From the IMG/VR virus record IMGVR_UViG_3300042691_012617, positions 96,001-160,000 of that record: a stretch of 64,000 nt of DNA; one strand, 5' to 3'. The position numbers were made by a program, and so were the translations under genes. The stretch comes from a virus. The notes below the pieces were generated by a model. That model saw only the letters and a list, made by a program, of their open reading frames with translations, searched no databases and was not told the DNA's origin. This document shows positions 31,306-41,210 of this stretch, one piece after another (position 1 is the first letter of the stretch; every line of letters begins with the position of its first letter).

Positions 31306-33849
31306 TCAGGCGAACAGACCTTCCAACGAGCCTTGCTCCTTGACCTTCCACCCGATGCAGTTGAGAATGTTCGATAGTGGTTCGATGAAAGCCTTCTCAA
31401 ACTGAGTCTCACGGTCAATGAAGCCATCAAGCGCAAACTCCTCGGGGAATGTAGCGGGGAACGAAAGCACTTTCTCCTTCAGCGGATTGGGAACCTTGAG
31501 TTCAACATACTTGATCTTCTCGCTGTTACGGATCAGGGGATACTTCTTTGACAGCCCCATCTTCTTGATCCAATAGTTGTAGACAAGCGACCCCTTGACA
31601 TGCATGGGTGTGCCCTTCTTGTAGATGCTTGCAGCATCAGCGTAGTCATCCATGCCGTTGCACCCACGCGGGAACGCAATGTCATAGATCGGAAGAGTCA
31701 CGAACTCGTCATGAAACTTCTCCACGAAAGAATGCAATGCGCCTTCGTCAGCGGTCAGGATCAACTTGATCGCTTCCTTGAGTCGTGTGCGGACGATCTG
31801 CGGGGTGGACGAACGGGCGGTTTCGATACCCATGATCTTGAGATCGGGATCGTCCATGTAAACATTGTCTTCGCCAAGGTGAACCGCAAGCATGTAACGC
31901 TTCTTGGCGGTGAACACACCCTTTGCAGCGATGGCTTCTCGCTTCATCGACATCCGATTGGCGTAGGCATTCATTCGACCCGACAACTGCTCATACCACT
32001 TGTTGATCTTCGGGGAGATCACATCGTTGCAGAACTTGTCAACCATCTCGGTGGTCTTCTTTTTGTCCTTCTTGGGGAAAGCCTTGGCAACAAGCGGACC
32101 AAGCCTGAGGTACACCGAATCTGTGTCCACGGCAATCACATAGTCCTCGCCCTCCGTGCTGCAAGCCTTGTTGAGGAAACGGTTGAGATTGTCCTCTGCC
32201 CAACGAATCGACAACTGCCCCGACACGGTGATCGCTTCTGCCATACTGAGGTTGTAGTAACGGCAGTACTGATTGCCCAAAGCACCGAATGCGCTGTTCA
32301 ACTGCACCTTACGCACCAACTGGAAGTTATGAAACTTGGACACTTCCTTCTTCTTGGCGGCAACAGTAGCGGGATCAGCCTTGGTTCCCTCGGTCTTGAT
32401 CCATCCCTTCGCGTCAAGCATGCGCCTCTTGTATTCCTTGCGTTGGGCATACATGGTGTCCATGAGTTCGGGGAGGAAGCCTCGGACATCCCTGCGGTAC
32501 ATCGTGCCGTTCGCAGCCACGCAGATGTTCTTCTGCTTTGCCATGGAGAGGAAGCCCTCCAAAGAGGGATCCTTACCCTCGGTCAGCAACGAGTCCACGG
32601 ACACGGCAGGAACCCTGTCGCTCATGATGGTCTCGGGGCTGAGGTTGTACTGCATGATCAGGTGAGGATACAGCGAGTCCAAGTCGAAAGAGACCACCCA
32701 CTCATGTTCACCCACGATGGGAGTCTTGACATATGCACCTTCGAACTGGTTGTCCTTGTCGTTGCCTGTCTTGGGCGGGATGGCGATCTTCTTGGTGCGG
32801 AGGTGGTTGTAGATGATGCTGTCCCACATGCGTACCTGTGAGAAGACATCCCCGAAGTTGCTTCTTGCGCTGTACGCAAGTGCCTGTGCGAGTTCGATCA
32901 GCCGCAACTTGTCTTCCAACTTGGAAACAAGCACCGTATCCTTGATGTTGTACTCCATGAACCGCTGAAAGTCCTTGCGGTACAGGTCCGTCAGGGTACC
33001 GACATCTGAGTAGTCCATCTTCGTCTCGCCCAACTCAACGGACGCGATGTGCTGCAACTTGTATGACTCGGGGGTAATGAAGGTGAACTTCTTGTACAAG
33101 TCCATGTAGTCAAGGATGGTGATCCCTGAGAACTCGTACACCATGTTCTTGCGCTCCATGACATAGACCTCGCGGGAGCGGTACTCGCCCCACGGGGACA
33201 GTCTCTTGGCAGACTTGGTTCCTAGAACCCGTTCGATGCGGCGGCAAAGATAGGGCATGTCGAACATGTTGACATTCCACCCCGTGACGATGTCACAATC
33301 CAACGATTCCCAAACATCCAAGAAGCCGTGGAGCAACTGTGACTCTTCGGAGTAGCGATGGGCAACCACTCCCTCGGGAGCCTTGAAATCGCCCAAGCCA
33401 AATGCATGGATCTCCTTGCCCTGCATGATCGTAATTGCATTGACCTTTTCGGATGCCTCCTCGGGGGTGGCAAATCCGTTTTCGCTCTCAACTTCGATGT
33501 CGATGTAGGAGATGCGGATCAGGGTTGGGTCGTATTCAAGTTCACCCTCGCTGCCATAGTTCTCAGCGATGAACTGATACTGTGATTCGATATCGCCGTA
33601 GACTGTGAAGCCCTCCACATCGGAGTACTTCTTGATGAACTCCCGTGCTTCGAACATGTTTTCAAAGTCAACGGGATCGACCCTGTTCCCGTCGATGGTG
33701 TGCCATGAATCAGGCTTTACCTTCTTCGTGGGTACGAACAGGGTTGGTCGAAAGGTAAGGGATTCATGCACACGCTTGCCATGCTTGTCATAGCCGCGAT
33801 GCAGGAGTCTGCCGCCCTTGGTAACAACATTAGTGTAGAATGGATTCAC
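31306..33849 (-). CDS. 43: Family B DNA polymerase (T4 gp43-like)
   Basis: DIEV exonuclease, SFDLDSLYPH, KVQLNSAFG, DTDS, KKRY, GIETARSSTP; uninterrupted. Confidence 0.98.
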   Translation of the reverse strand: MNPFYTNVVTKGGRLLHRGYDKHGKRVHESLTFRPTLFVPTKKVKPDSWHTIDGNRVDPVDFENMFEAREFIKKYSDVEGFTVYGDIESQYQFIAENYGSEGELEYDPTLIRISYIDIEVESENGFATPEEASEKVNAITIMQGKEIHAFGLGDFKAPEGVVAHRYSEESQLLHGFLDVWESLDCDIVTGWNVNMFDMPYLCRRIERVLGTKSAKRLSPWGEYRSREVYVMERKNMVYEFSGITILDYMDLYKKFTFITPESYKLQHIASVELGETKMDYSDVGTLTDLYRKDFQRFMEYNIKDTVLVSKLEDKLRLIELAQALAYSARSNFGDVFSQVRMWDSIIYNHLRTKKIAIPPKTGNDKDNQFEGAYVKTPIVGEHEWVVSFDLDSLYPHLIMQYNLSPETIMSDRVPAVSVDSLLTEGKDPSLEGFLSMAKQKNICVAANGTMYRRDVRGFLPELMDTMYAQRKEYKRRMLDAKGWIKTEGTKADPATVAAKKKEVSKFHNFQLVRKVQLNSAFGALGNQYCRYYNLSMAEAITVSGQLSIRWAEDNLNRFLNKACSTEGEDYVIAVDTDSVYLRLGPLVAKAFPKKDKKKTTEMVDKFCNDVISPKINKWYEQLSGRMNAYANRMSMKREAIAAKGVFTAKKRYMLAVHLGEDNVYMDDPDLKIMGIETARSSTPQIVRTRLKEAIKLILTADEGALHSFVEKFHDEFVTLPIYDIAFPRGCNGMDDYADAASIYKKGTPMHVKGSLVYNYWIKKMGLSKKYPLIRNSEKIKYVELKVPNPLKEKVLSFPATFPEEFALDGFIDRETQFEKAFIEPLSNILNCIGWKVKEQGSLEGLFA

Positions 33850-34124
33850 TCAGATTCCTTGCGGTCAACGGCGAGAATGATGTCTTGGTGAATGATATCA
33901 CAAGACTCATGACCGCGACCTCTTCCTTTGGTGATGTCCCAAAGAACCTTATCACCAACACGAATGTCCTCGGTGACCTTATCGCCCACCGAAACAACTA
34001 CGCTCCAAATGTTTGGATTCGTGATCTTCTCTGTATAGATGATCCCTGCGTCAGTCTTCTTTTGCTGACCAAGACCTTCTGTTCGTACAGAAACCCACTT
34101 GCCGATTGTCTTCAGTTTACTCAT
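33846..34124 (-). CDS. GroES-like co-chaperonin
   Basis: KTDAGII, VVSVG, IRVGDKVL, DIILA. Confidence 0.75.
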   Translation of the reverse strand: MSKLKTIGKWVSVRTEGLGQQKKTDAGIIYTEKITNPNIWSVVVSVGDKVTEDIRVGDKVLWDITKGRGRGHESCDIIHQDIILAVDRKESE

Positions 34125-35044
34125 GTGCCCCTCTGTTTAGGATATGGTAGTGTCTTGTTACGGGCTTCGAACTCTCTGCGGAGTTTCTTCGTCTCTGCCT
34201 TGGTTGTGGCAAGTACATAAGCATACTTGTGCTTCGATGGCATGTCAATCGAAACCGATTCAGATTGCTTCAACTTGCTATGGGATCTCAGCGCAGCCTC
34301 AACCAACGGGGGCACATTTGCCCAAAGCATTCCGCTGTTGTCGCACCATGACTTGTCCCATTGGATTCCCAACTCTTTGGCATACTTCTTGTATGCACTT
34401 CGTTGGCGAAAGAAACGATCAGATACGATTCGACCTGTGTATGGGTTGATGTATCTCGTAGTCGTTCCCGATTCATTGCCCAAATAATAGAAGTTGCATG
34501 CCTGATAGATGGTACCAATTTCTTTTGCTGTGGGATCGGAATACGCGGTGAACAGCCTGTACTGCGTGTTCTTTACCATCCACCCTATGCTTGACATGAG
34601 GAACGATGATGCAAGATTCTTTGGACTCCATGAAATACATGCACCCCTGCTGATCAGGCGTTCGATGTTTTTTGTATCTTCGCCAAGCAACTTGCTGAAT
34701 GCATTTGGTAGGTTCATGAGAGTCACCCCTGCGAGGATGTCCTTGCCCATAAGACCTTGATCGGGATCGTGATAGTATGCACCAAACCAATGTGTGGTGT
34801 ACTGTGAGAGATTGCCTAGCCACTCATGCCGTTCGATGAACGCGGTGGCATCCTGACGATCACGCTCCGTGGTCAGCGGTCGGAAATGAAAGTCTGCGGC
34901 GGTAAGAGTCTTGATGCGCTCAGGATCGATGCCACTCTCTTGAATGTCCTGTTCAAGATTGTTTACGCGGATATCGTACTGCCAACAATGGTTCTTGTCG
35001 TAGTTCTTGGCGCGTTCGATGATGTCTACCGCAGATCGTTTCAT
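34121..35044 (-). CDS. Mom-like GNAT DNA (adenine) modification protein
   Basis: FIERHEWLG, KNLASSFL, AYSDP...E.GTIYQACNFYYLG matches the Mom-type S(F/Y)xD...G.(V/I)YQA.NF..G motif. Confidence 0.65.
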   Translation of the reverse strand: MKRSAVDIIERAKNYDKNHCWQYDIRVNNLEQDIQESGIDPERIKTLTAADFHFRPLTTERDRQDATAFIERHEWLGNLSQYTTHWFGAYYHDPDQGLMGKDILAGVTLMNLPNAFSKLLGEDTKNIERLISRGACISWSPKNLASSFLMSSIGWMVKNTQYRLFTAYSDPTAKEIGTIYQACNFYYLGNESGTTTRYINPYTGRIVSDRFFRQRSAYKKYAKELGIQWDKSWCDNSGMLWANVPPLVEAALRSHSKLKQSESVSIDMPSKHKYAYVLATTKAETKKLRREFEARNKTLPYPKQRGT

Positions 35045-36123
35045 TTCTTGCCGATGTATTCATGTGAGTAGCAGAGGCGATGGGCATGCTTCATCTTGTA
35101 GCCCTCTTCGTATGTGCTTCTGCCCTTGCTGTAGTCCTCGCGTGTGCGCTCGTTCTTGCTCGTCGGCTTCCACAGGGGAGACCGATTCCTGTACTCGCCC
35201 ATGCGCGGGTGTGCGGTCTTGGAGAAGTACCGACAGCCCTGACGGACGAAGAGTTCAGCCGTGGCATCAGAGATTCGTACCCCTAGCCCCAAGCCTTGGT
35301 AGTCAGGAAGCACCACCGTCCTATGACCACGCCAAGCATTCTTCAGGTTTCCATTGGGGAACGAAAGGGCAGCGGAGAATCCGACAGGAGTTCCGTCCCA
35401 AGCAACGATCCAACATCGTGCGCCTTTATTGATGTTTCCGTCGAGATAGTGATGGTGGCGGAACATTGCCCACGCTTCGGGTGAGCAAGGAAGCATCTCC
35501 AAAACGATTTCGGGTTGCCTTTCATACCCCCTTGCGGTCAACTTACCGCTGCTCGTATCAAACACCCAATCGGGACGCAGCCATTCGATGATGTCGTAGT
35601 GACATGACGCGAACACCAAGCCCTTGATGTTCTTCTGATCGGCATAGCGGCGAATCGAATGGGCACATGACTTGGCGACATTCCTATCTACCACAGATGT
35701 GAACTCATCGATCACGGCACCGTCTTGCAGCCGTCTAGCCAAGTCGGCACGGAACTTCTCTCCTGTGGACAGGACATGATATGGACGCATCCATGCGGGA
35801 ATGGAGTTGAAGCCTACCGCTGACAGCCGCTCACGGGCATCCACGGCGTTGTTGAAGTGCGAACAGACCGCTAGAGAAGGATCCCAATCGATTCGCTGCT
35901 CTTCACCAAACTGACGGAGGATGGTTGACTTGCCTGTTCCCGATGGACCTACGATCAACCCGATCCCATACTCCGATGGGAGTGGTGGGAGAGCGGGGGG
36001 TGTGAAGGTGCTTGTCCCCGTGAACGGATAGTCAAATGCCGATGACAGTTCCTTGACGGTATCATCGACCTTTACATGACTGATCAGTTCTGTTGATTTG
36101 GTAGGCTCATCGAAAAGACTCAT
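35041..36123 (-). CDS. ABC-type ATPase fused to GNAT acetyltransferase
   Basis: GPSGTGKS, LSTGE, IDEFTS; HHYL, RTVVLPDYQGLGLG acetyl-CoA motif. Confidence 0.85.
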   Translation of the reverse strand: MSLFDEPTKSTELISHVKVDDTVKELSSAFDYPFTGTSTFTPPALPPLPSEYGIGLIVGPSGTGKSTILRQFGEEQRIDWDPSLAVCSHFNNAVDARERLSAVGFNSIPAWMRPYHVLSTGEKFRADLARRLQDGAVIDEFTSVVDRNVAKSCAHSIRRYADQKNIKGLVFASCHYDIIEWLRPDWVFDTSSGKLTARGYERQPEIVLEMLPCSPEAWAMFRHHHYLDGNINKGARCWIVAWDGTPVGFSAALSFPNGNLKNAWRGHRTVVLPDYQGLGLGVRISDATAELFVRQGCRYFSKTAHPRMGEYRNRSPLWKPTSKNERTREDYSKGRSTYEEGYKMKHAHRLCYSHEYIGKK

Positions 36124-36554
36124 GTTTCATGCCACTTCTTAAGGATCCAACTGGAGGAATTCTTCTTGTCCTCGCCGCCGACACCAAACACAAACGATAG
36201 GTTGCTGTCTTCAATATCCATCTCGGGGATGTTTTCCTTGGTCCGATCACCCCCGTTTGCAAACACGATGTGTGCATCAGGGTACAACTTTCGCAGGGTG
36301 ATGATAGCCTGTTTCGCGCTGTTATCATCGTCATTGAAGGCAATGATATCATCAACCATCCACAAAGACGAGACAATAGTTGCCCGTTCGTGAAGAGGCA
36401 TGAATGGCTTTCCCTTCTTTCGGGTCAGCCATTCATCAGAGTTGAGACCTACAACAAGGCGGTCGCCAAACCCTCGCGCCGCCTTGAAGTATGCGATATG
36501 TCCGCTGTGAAGGGGGTCGAACCCCCCTGTCATCAAAACGACCTTCTCCATCAC
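36120..36554 (-). CDS. Cytidylyl/adenylyltransferase (TagD/RfaE-like)
   Basis: TGGFDPLHSGH, GLNSD, FANGGDR, NSSS. Confidence 0.9.
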   Translation of the reverse strand: MMEKVVLMTGGFDPLHSGHIAYFKAARGFGDRLVVGLNSDEWLTRKKGKPFMPLHERATIVSSLWMVDDIIAFNDDDNSAKQAIITLRKLYPDAHIVFANGGDRTKENIPEMDIEDSNLSFVFGVGGEDKKNSSSWILKKWHET

Positions 36555-37006
36555 AACTCCTTCTTAATCTTATTCCAGTACTTCGTGGTGTTGTCCCACG
36601 CCTTCTTTTCCTTTGCCTTCTTGCTGTGCTGCTTCTTCAGGATGTTGCACCCGCCGTTGTGAATTCGGGCAAGTTGCTCAACAGTCGCATCAACGGGCGC
36701 GTATCGCTTGAGATAGGCTCGGACAACCCGCTCGGCGTACTCAGGATTGAAGCAGTCCTTGTACGATCCTCCAAGCGACTTGTCGAAGTCAACTGCATCC
36801 TGCCAGTATCCTTGGTGGATCTGATAGATTCCAATCGCAGCACCTCCGTCCCCAACAGCCTTCGGATCGTTCCGCGACTCCACCCGTGCCAACGCAGGAA
36901 GCAGTCGGTCGATGTTGTCTGTGAGATCTGCATTAGCAAGTCTGCACGGAAGGAGAAGGCTCGTAAAGAGGATGACCACCAAGAGGATTCGACGGGACAT
37001 GTTCAT
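36551..37006 (-). CDS. Secreted lysozyme-like protein (i-type/destabilase-like)
   Basis: Signal peptide; VES, GIYQI..GYWQDA, YKDC, LARIHNGG. Confidence 0.7.
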   Translation of the reverse strand: MNMSRRILLVVILFTSLLLPCRLANADLTDNIDRLLPALARVESRNDPKAVGDGGAAIGIYQIHQGYWQDAVDFDKSLGGSYKDCFNPEYAERVVRAYLKRYAPVDATVEQLARIHNGGCNILKKQHSKKAKEKKAWDNTTKYWNKIKKEL

Positions 37007-37328
37007 GCTTCTGCTCCTTCTTTGACTGAAGGTATGAATAGAAGAGGACTGAGTAGTTGATCAGGTCAAGACAAGTGTCCTCTACAGACTCGTCCTTCAC
37101 CTCTAGGGTGCCCGATTCAACAAACGATGAGAGGCGGGACATCTTGTCGGTCATGCGGACAAGCATACCCGCTTCGGTACGGCAGATGCCCATGGCTTCA
37201 CAGCGAGTGAAGTTGGCGAACGGCTCGTCGCCGCCCTTTCCTGCATAGTCGGCGTTCTTCTTCTGCATCAGGGAGAAAGCCTTGTTGCAGAGGGTCTTGT
37301 GGTGGGCAAGCAGTTCATCACGATCCAT
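36933..37328 (-). CDS. DUF1599 / nucleotide-modification-associated domain protein
   Basis: KKNADY, VRMTDKMSRL, ESVEDTCLDLINYS. Confidence 0.75.
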   Translation of the reverse strand: MDRDELLAHHKTLCNKAFSLMQKKNADYAGKGGDEPFANFTRCEAMGICRTEAGMLVRMTDKMSRLSSFVESGTLEVKDESVEDTCLDLINYSVLFYSYLQSKKEQKHEHVPSNPLGGHPLYEPSPSVQTC

Positions 37329-37330
37329 TA

Positions 37331-37870
37331 TTAAGCCTTTCCTGTTGAGCCGAAGCCGCCGCTACGGTCGGTCTTACCCTTAACTTCATCGGCAATCTGC
37401 ACGATGTTCGTGTAGATTTTCTCGACAATTTCCCCTTGGCAGATGCGGTCTCCATGGGTTATGCGGACATTCACGGTGCTAGTGTTGGTTACTGGCACCA
37501 TGAGTTGGTGGGTGTAGTCGGAGTCGATAACACCCTCACAGTTCGAAAGCATCAGACCTCCCTTGAGCGCGAGACCTGAGCGCATGTGTAGGCGCACGGA
37601 GTAGCCCTCGGGAATGTCTAGGACAAGTTGAGTCGGGAGCAGGGCGCGTTCGTTCGGTCTGATAACGATGGCGGCATCCTTGCTGCCTTGCACATCGTCC
37701 ACGAACGCGAGAGCCTTGTAGTTGACGCTGTTGGCTCCCCACATGTCAACCTCGCGCTTACCCGCAGGGAGGCACACGCGCACATCGAAACATGCTGAAT
37801 GTTGGGTTGCGTAAGCGGGAAGGAATGCATCGGGGTGCAACTTGTGGCACCCAAGGGTCACTTGCTTCAT
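37331..37870 (-). CDS. dut: dUTPase
   Basis: SACFD, RSGLALK, GVIDSDY, GDRICQ, RSGGFGSTG. Confidence 0.95.
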   Translation of the reverse strand: MKQVTLGCHKLHPDAFLPAYATQHSACFDVRVCLPAGKREVDMWGANSVNYKALAFVDDVQGSKDAAIVIRPNERALLPTQLVLDIPEGYSVRLHMRSGLALKGGLMLSNCEGVIDSDYTHQLMVPVTNTSTVNVRITHGDRICQGEIVEKIYTNIVQIADEVKGKTDRSGGFGSTGKA

Positions 37871-37898
37871 GGTGTAGATTTCACTTTGCATTACGAAG

Positions 37899-37927
37899 AT
37901 TGTACTACGGGTTTGGCTTCTCGTCAA
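37899..37927 (-). promoter_or_regulatory. sigma70-type promoter upstream of dut
   Basis: TTGACG-17-TACAAT. Confidence 0.55.
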
Positions 37928-38336
37928 GGGGTTTCTTGCGAACACCAATCCGATACTTGGGAATCAGTTCCCAATCTTTCTTCTCACCAAATGGAAGGAT
38001 CTTAAAGTGGGAGATCGGGCATACAGGATCTTTTGTTCCCTCAGGGTTCACGATCTTTACAAGTCCCCATTGCTCCAAGAGATTGACGATTGTGTTGCGC
38101 CGAGCCTTGTCAGAGTCGCTGAAGTCATTCGCCAAGCCATCAAGCATAAAGAGTTCTTTGAAGTGGACAATGTAGTACTTGCCCCTCTTATGCAAGATGT
38201 GGCAAGACTGATACAGTTTGCGTTCAGTCTTGGACGAGATGCCAATACGAGTAAGCGTCTCTTTCACCTTCAGAAAGTTGTCTGCCGAAGGAAGGGTTAC
38301 TTCGACTAAGTTGTTCACTATATCTTCTGTGTTCAC
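37905..38336 (-). CDS. regA: Translational repressor RegA
   Basis: FLKVKETLTRIGI, LYQSCHILHKRGKYYIVHFKELF.LDG. Confidence 0.97.
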   Translation of the reverse strand: MNTEDIVNNLVEVTLPSADNFLKVKETLTRIGISSKTERKLYQSCHILHKRGKYYIVHFKELFMLDGLANDFSDSDKARRNTIVNLLEQWGLVKIVNPEGTKDPVCPISHFKILPFGEKKDWELIPKYRIGVRKKPLDEKPNP

Positions 38337-38368
38337 GGTTCATGCTTTCCATGATTGTTAGTCATGGA

Positions 38369-38764
38369 TTATTTAGCATTAGAACCGCCTTTGCTCTTCA
38401 GGAGAGCATCTAATCGCTCCTTAGGCAGTAAACGAATGTATTCAATCGCCCGCTTGCGTCCAACCTTGTAGGCAAGCATAACAGCCTCAAGCAGAGCCTC
38501 GCTCTCTTCCTCAGGCTTGATCCACTTGTCGAATCGCTTGCGCTTGCGGATGGAGTTGTAGAGATAGTCATACTGCATACGCTTCTCAGTCAGCGGCATG
38601 CAGTTCATCTCGTTGGCATACAGGATCGTATCGGGGCTGAAGGACAGACCGCGATTGACCACGAAAGGAACATAGTCCCGTTCTGCATCGGGACTCATGT
38701 CCATCATGTTTCCTGTCTTTTCGTTGATGCTTTTGATGTAGTCGAAAGGGCTGAGTTTGCTCAT
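38369..38764 (-). CDS. 62: Clamp loader small subunit (gp62)
   Basis: PFDYIKSIN, Y.PFVVNRGLS, ANEMN, QYDY. Confidence 0.92.
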   Translation of the reverse strand: MSKLSPFDYIKSINEKTGNMMDMSPDAERDYVPFVVNRGLSFSPDTILYANEMNCMPLTEKRMQYDYLYNSIRKRKRFDKWIKPEEESEALLEAVMLAYKVGRKRAIEYIRLLPKERLDALLKSKGGSNAK

Positions 38765-39489
38765 GTCATTTCCAAGCCTTCAATATCGATATCATCAGAC
38801 TTCACATTGACGATCAGGCGCATAGGGAGATAGATCCACTTGCGCTTCTTGATGTCATACACGCTGTGAAGATAGAACTGATCATAGGCGTTTGACCCAT
38901 GATACCTGTCGATCAGGGGTGCTTCAATGTAATCCTTGCCGACAACGCAGATTCGGTGCGAAACCTTTGTCTTGACTCGCTTGCCGTTCATGTCCTCATA
39001 TTCGATATCCAAGTGATTCGGATAGATCTTTTCAAGCAGAGAATCCAACCATTCGGCAAGCATGACATCGGTCATGCCCGTGATGTCGAAGTAGGTTCCC
39101 AAGCCACCGTTGCCGCTTTCATCGCTGTGCTTCTTCGCCACCTTCATGGAGAAGTAGGATTTGCGCTCCCGAAGAAAAGCCTGACGGGCACTTTCACATT
39201 CCTTTACGAAATCGGTATATGAATACTTAAGATCAAGCCGCTTGTTGATCTTGGAGACCTTCTCCAGTTCATCGTCCGTGATGACGCTAGACAGGAGCAT
39301 GATCTTCTCCAAAGGATTCACAACCTCGCTTGCTGTTGTAGATCGAAGACCGTCAAACTCATCCCAAAACTTAGAGTTAACTTCAGAAGTCATAGATGAC
39401 TTGAACTCATCGATGTAGTCCTGAATGTTGTACCTCTTGCCGATCTCATGGATCGTGATAGACAAGTCGTTGAGGCTGTTTACAACCAT
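38761..39489 (-). CDS. Hypothetical protein inserted between gp44 and gp62
   Basis: Own late promoter (39513..39519) and GGAGG RBS. Confidence 0.65.
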   Translation of the reverse strand: MVVNSLNDLSITIHEIGKRYNIQDYIDEFKSSMTSEVNSKFWDEFDGLRSTTASEVVNPLEKIMLLSSVITDDELEKVSKINKRLDLKYSYTDFVKECESARQAFLRERKSYFSMKVAKKHSDESGNGGLGTYFDITGMTDVMLAEWLDSLLEKIYPNHLDIEYEDMNGKRVKTKVSHRICVVGKDYIEAPLIDRYHGSNAYDQFYLHSVYDIKKRKWIYLPMRLIVNVKSDDIDIEGLEMT

Positions 39490-39515
39490 CCCGTGCCTCC
39501 CTTCGCTACCTGTAT

Positions 39516-40448
39516 TTAGGCTTTGAAGGTGCATTCGGATGCCAAGGCAACGCAACAAGCGGCTAGGTTGATCTCTTGATCGGCGGCAAAGGCTGCACGG
39601 TGCTGATACTCCGAAAGGGTGAGAACAGCCTGTGGAATCGCTGATGTTTGCAACTCATCCAACAGGGTCTCATAGATCTTGCGGAACACATGTGCCGTAT
39701 CCCTGTCTGAATTGTCAACCACCCACTTTCGGATCTCTCCAAAGTTCTTGGTCTTGAGAGCCTTGACAAGAGTCTCGGTGCTGATATCGGACGCGACAAG
39801 GATGCCTGTGTCGATAGAGCCTGAGACAGCGTATCGCTGAATCTCGTTCAGCACCCTGCGAAAATCGGGGAAGTGCTGAATGATGAGTTCCGCTAACACA
39901 CGCTCGTCATATTCGATCTTCTCTGTATCCAAGATCATTTTTGTGCGCGAGAGGAACTGCTTCGCCATCTTCGGCTTCTCCTTCGCGGGGATCTTGAAGT
40001 CGATGCATGTGCAGCGGCTGTGCAGCGGCTCAATGATCCGATGCTTGAAGTTGCATGTGAGTATGAAGCGACAGTTCTTGGCGAACTCTTCGATGAAGCC
40101 ACGAAGAGCGGGTTGCGTTGACTGTGGATTCAGATAGTCAGCCTCATCTAGAATGACTACCTTGATACCACCGCCCAAAGAAACAGCGGATGCGAACTGC
40201 CGAATGCGAGTCCGAAGCGTGTCGATGCCACCGTCTTCGGATGCATTGATGAACAGCACATCGCGTCCCAACTCATCGCAGAGGGCGCGGGCTACGGTTG
40301 TCTTTCCACAACCCGCGCCCCCTGACAGGATCATGTTGGGAATGTCGCCCAACTTCACGATGTCCGTGAAGGTGTCGGCAAGTGCCTCGGGTAATACACA
40401 TTCCGCGACCGTCTTTGGACGGTACTTCTCTACTAGTAGGTCGTTCAT
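39516..40448 (-). CDS. 44: Clamp loader large subunit (gp44)
   Basis: VEKYRP, GGAGCGKT, ILDEAD, PLHSRC, PDFRR. Confidence 0.97.
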   Translation of the reverse strand: MNDLLVEKYRPKTVAECVLPEALADTFTDIVKLGDIPNMILSGGAGCGKTTVARALCDELGRDVLFINASEDGGIDTLRTRIRQFASAVSLGGGIKVVILDEADYLNPQSTQPALRGFIEEFAKNCRFILTCNFKHRIIEPLHSRCTCIDFKIPAKEKPKMAKQFLSRTKMILDTEKIEYDERVLAELIIQHFPDFRRVLNEIQRYAVSGSIDTGILVASDISTETLVKALKTKNFGEIRKWVVDNSDRDTAHVFRKIYETLLDELQTSAIPQAVLTLSEYQHRAAFAADQEINLAACCVALASECTFKA

Positions 40449-40451
40449 GTA

Positions 40452-41150
40452 TTATCCCTTGGAGGTGGTGCTGTCGGATTCCATCGCTACCCAATAGTTG
40501 ACAGGTACCGTTGCTCCGCTGAACTTCGCAACACGCTTCTCCGCGAGATATACGGTGTAGTCACCATGAATCATCTTCAGGTTCTCCACCTTGAACCAAA
40601 ACTTGAACGAGAGGTCGTTGGGATTCTCGCCCACAGTCAGACTCCAACTGTGTGCCGTGGGATCCTTCTTGTCACAGACGCGGATGCAGATGCCATCGTC
40701 ACAAGACTCCACGCACATGTCGGGTGCCTGAAGAACCGAAGCCGCCTTGAGAATGGATACCAAGTCGGCACCACTCAGGTCAAACGAGACGAACTCCTTT
40801 GGCATGTTGATCTTCTTGTCAGCCTTGGTCAGCAACTGAGGGTCGCTGTAGAAGTACTTGACCGAAGCCTTCGAACCCGTCGAACTCACCGTGACGAAGT
40901 TCTCGTTGAACTCAAACTCGGCATCCTTGAACAGGCTCACCGTAGACAGGAACTTTGCCATGTCCCAAATGCCGAACTCCGTATCGAACTCCTCGGCAAC
41001 CGTTGCCTCAGCAAGGATGGTCATGGACGGCGAGACGGTAGTGATTGTCTTGCCCTGCTTCACATGCAGATTGCTGTTGATGGAAGCGAAGTTCTTGAGA
41101 ATGTTGATGGTGTCGGAAGAGATCTTGATCTTGTTCATAGTCGCGCTCAT
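40452..41150 (-). CDS. 45: Sliding clamp (gp45)
   Basis: ILKNFASIN, FGIWDM..FL, FKVENLKM, YWVAME. Confidence 0.95.
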   Translation of the reverse strand: MSATMNKIKISSDTINILKNFASINSNLHVKQGKTITTVSPSMTILAEATVAEEFDTEFGIWDMAKFLSTVSLFKDAEFEFNENFVTVSSTGSKASVKYFYSDPQLLTKADKKINMPKEFVSFDLSGADLVSILKAASVLQAPDMCVESCDDGICIRVCDKKDPTAHSWSLTVGENPNDLSFKFWFKVENLKMIHGDYTVYLAEKRVAKFSGATVPVNYWVAMESDSTTSKG

Positions 41151-41210
41151 TGTGTAGAAGCCTCCTTGGCTCAGGTCGTTTGGGTAATCATACTGTGTGT
41201 ATGGTCGAAG

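Noticed and set aside
31306-33849. Introns/inteins in gp43, gp41, UvsX or gp44
   Set aside because: All are of normal length with contiguous motifs.
35041-36123. ABC transporter
   Set aside because: No permease or binding protein nearby; the ATPase is fused to a GNAT domain and appears soluble.
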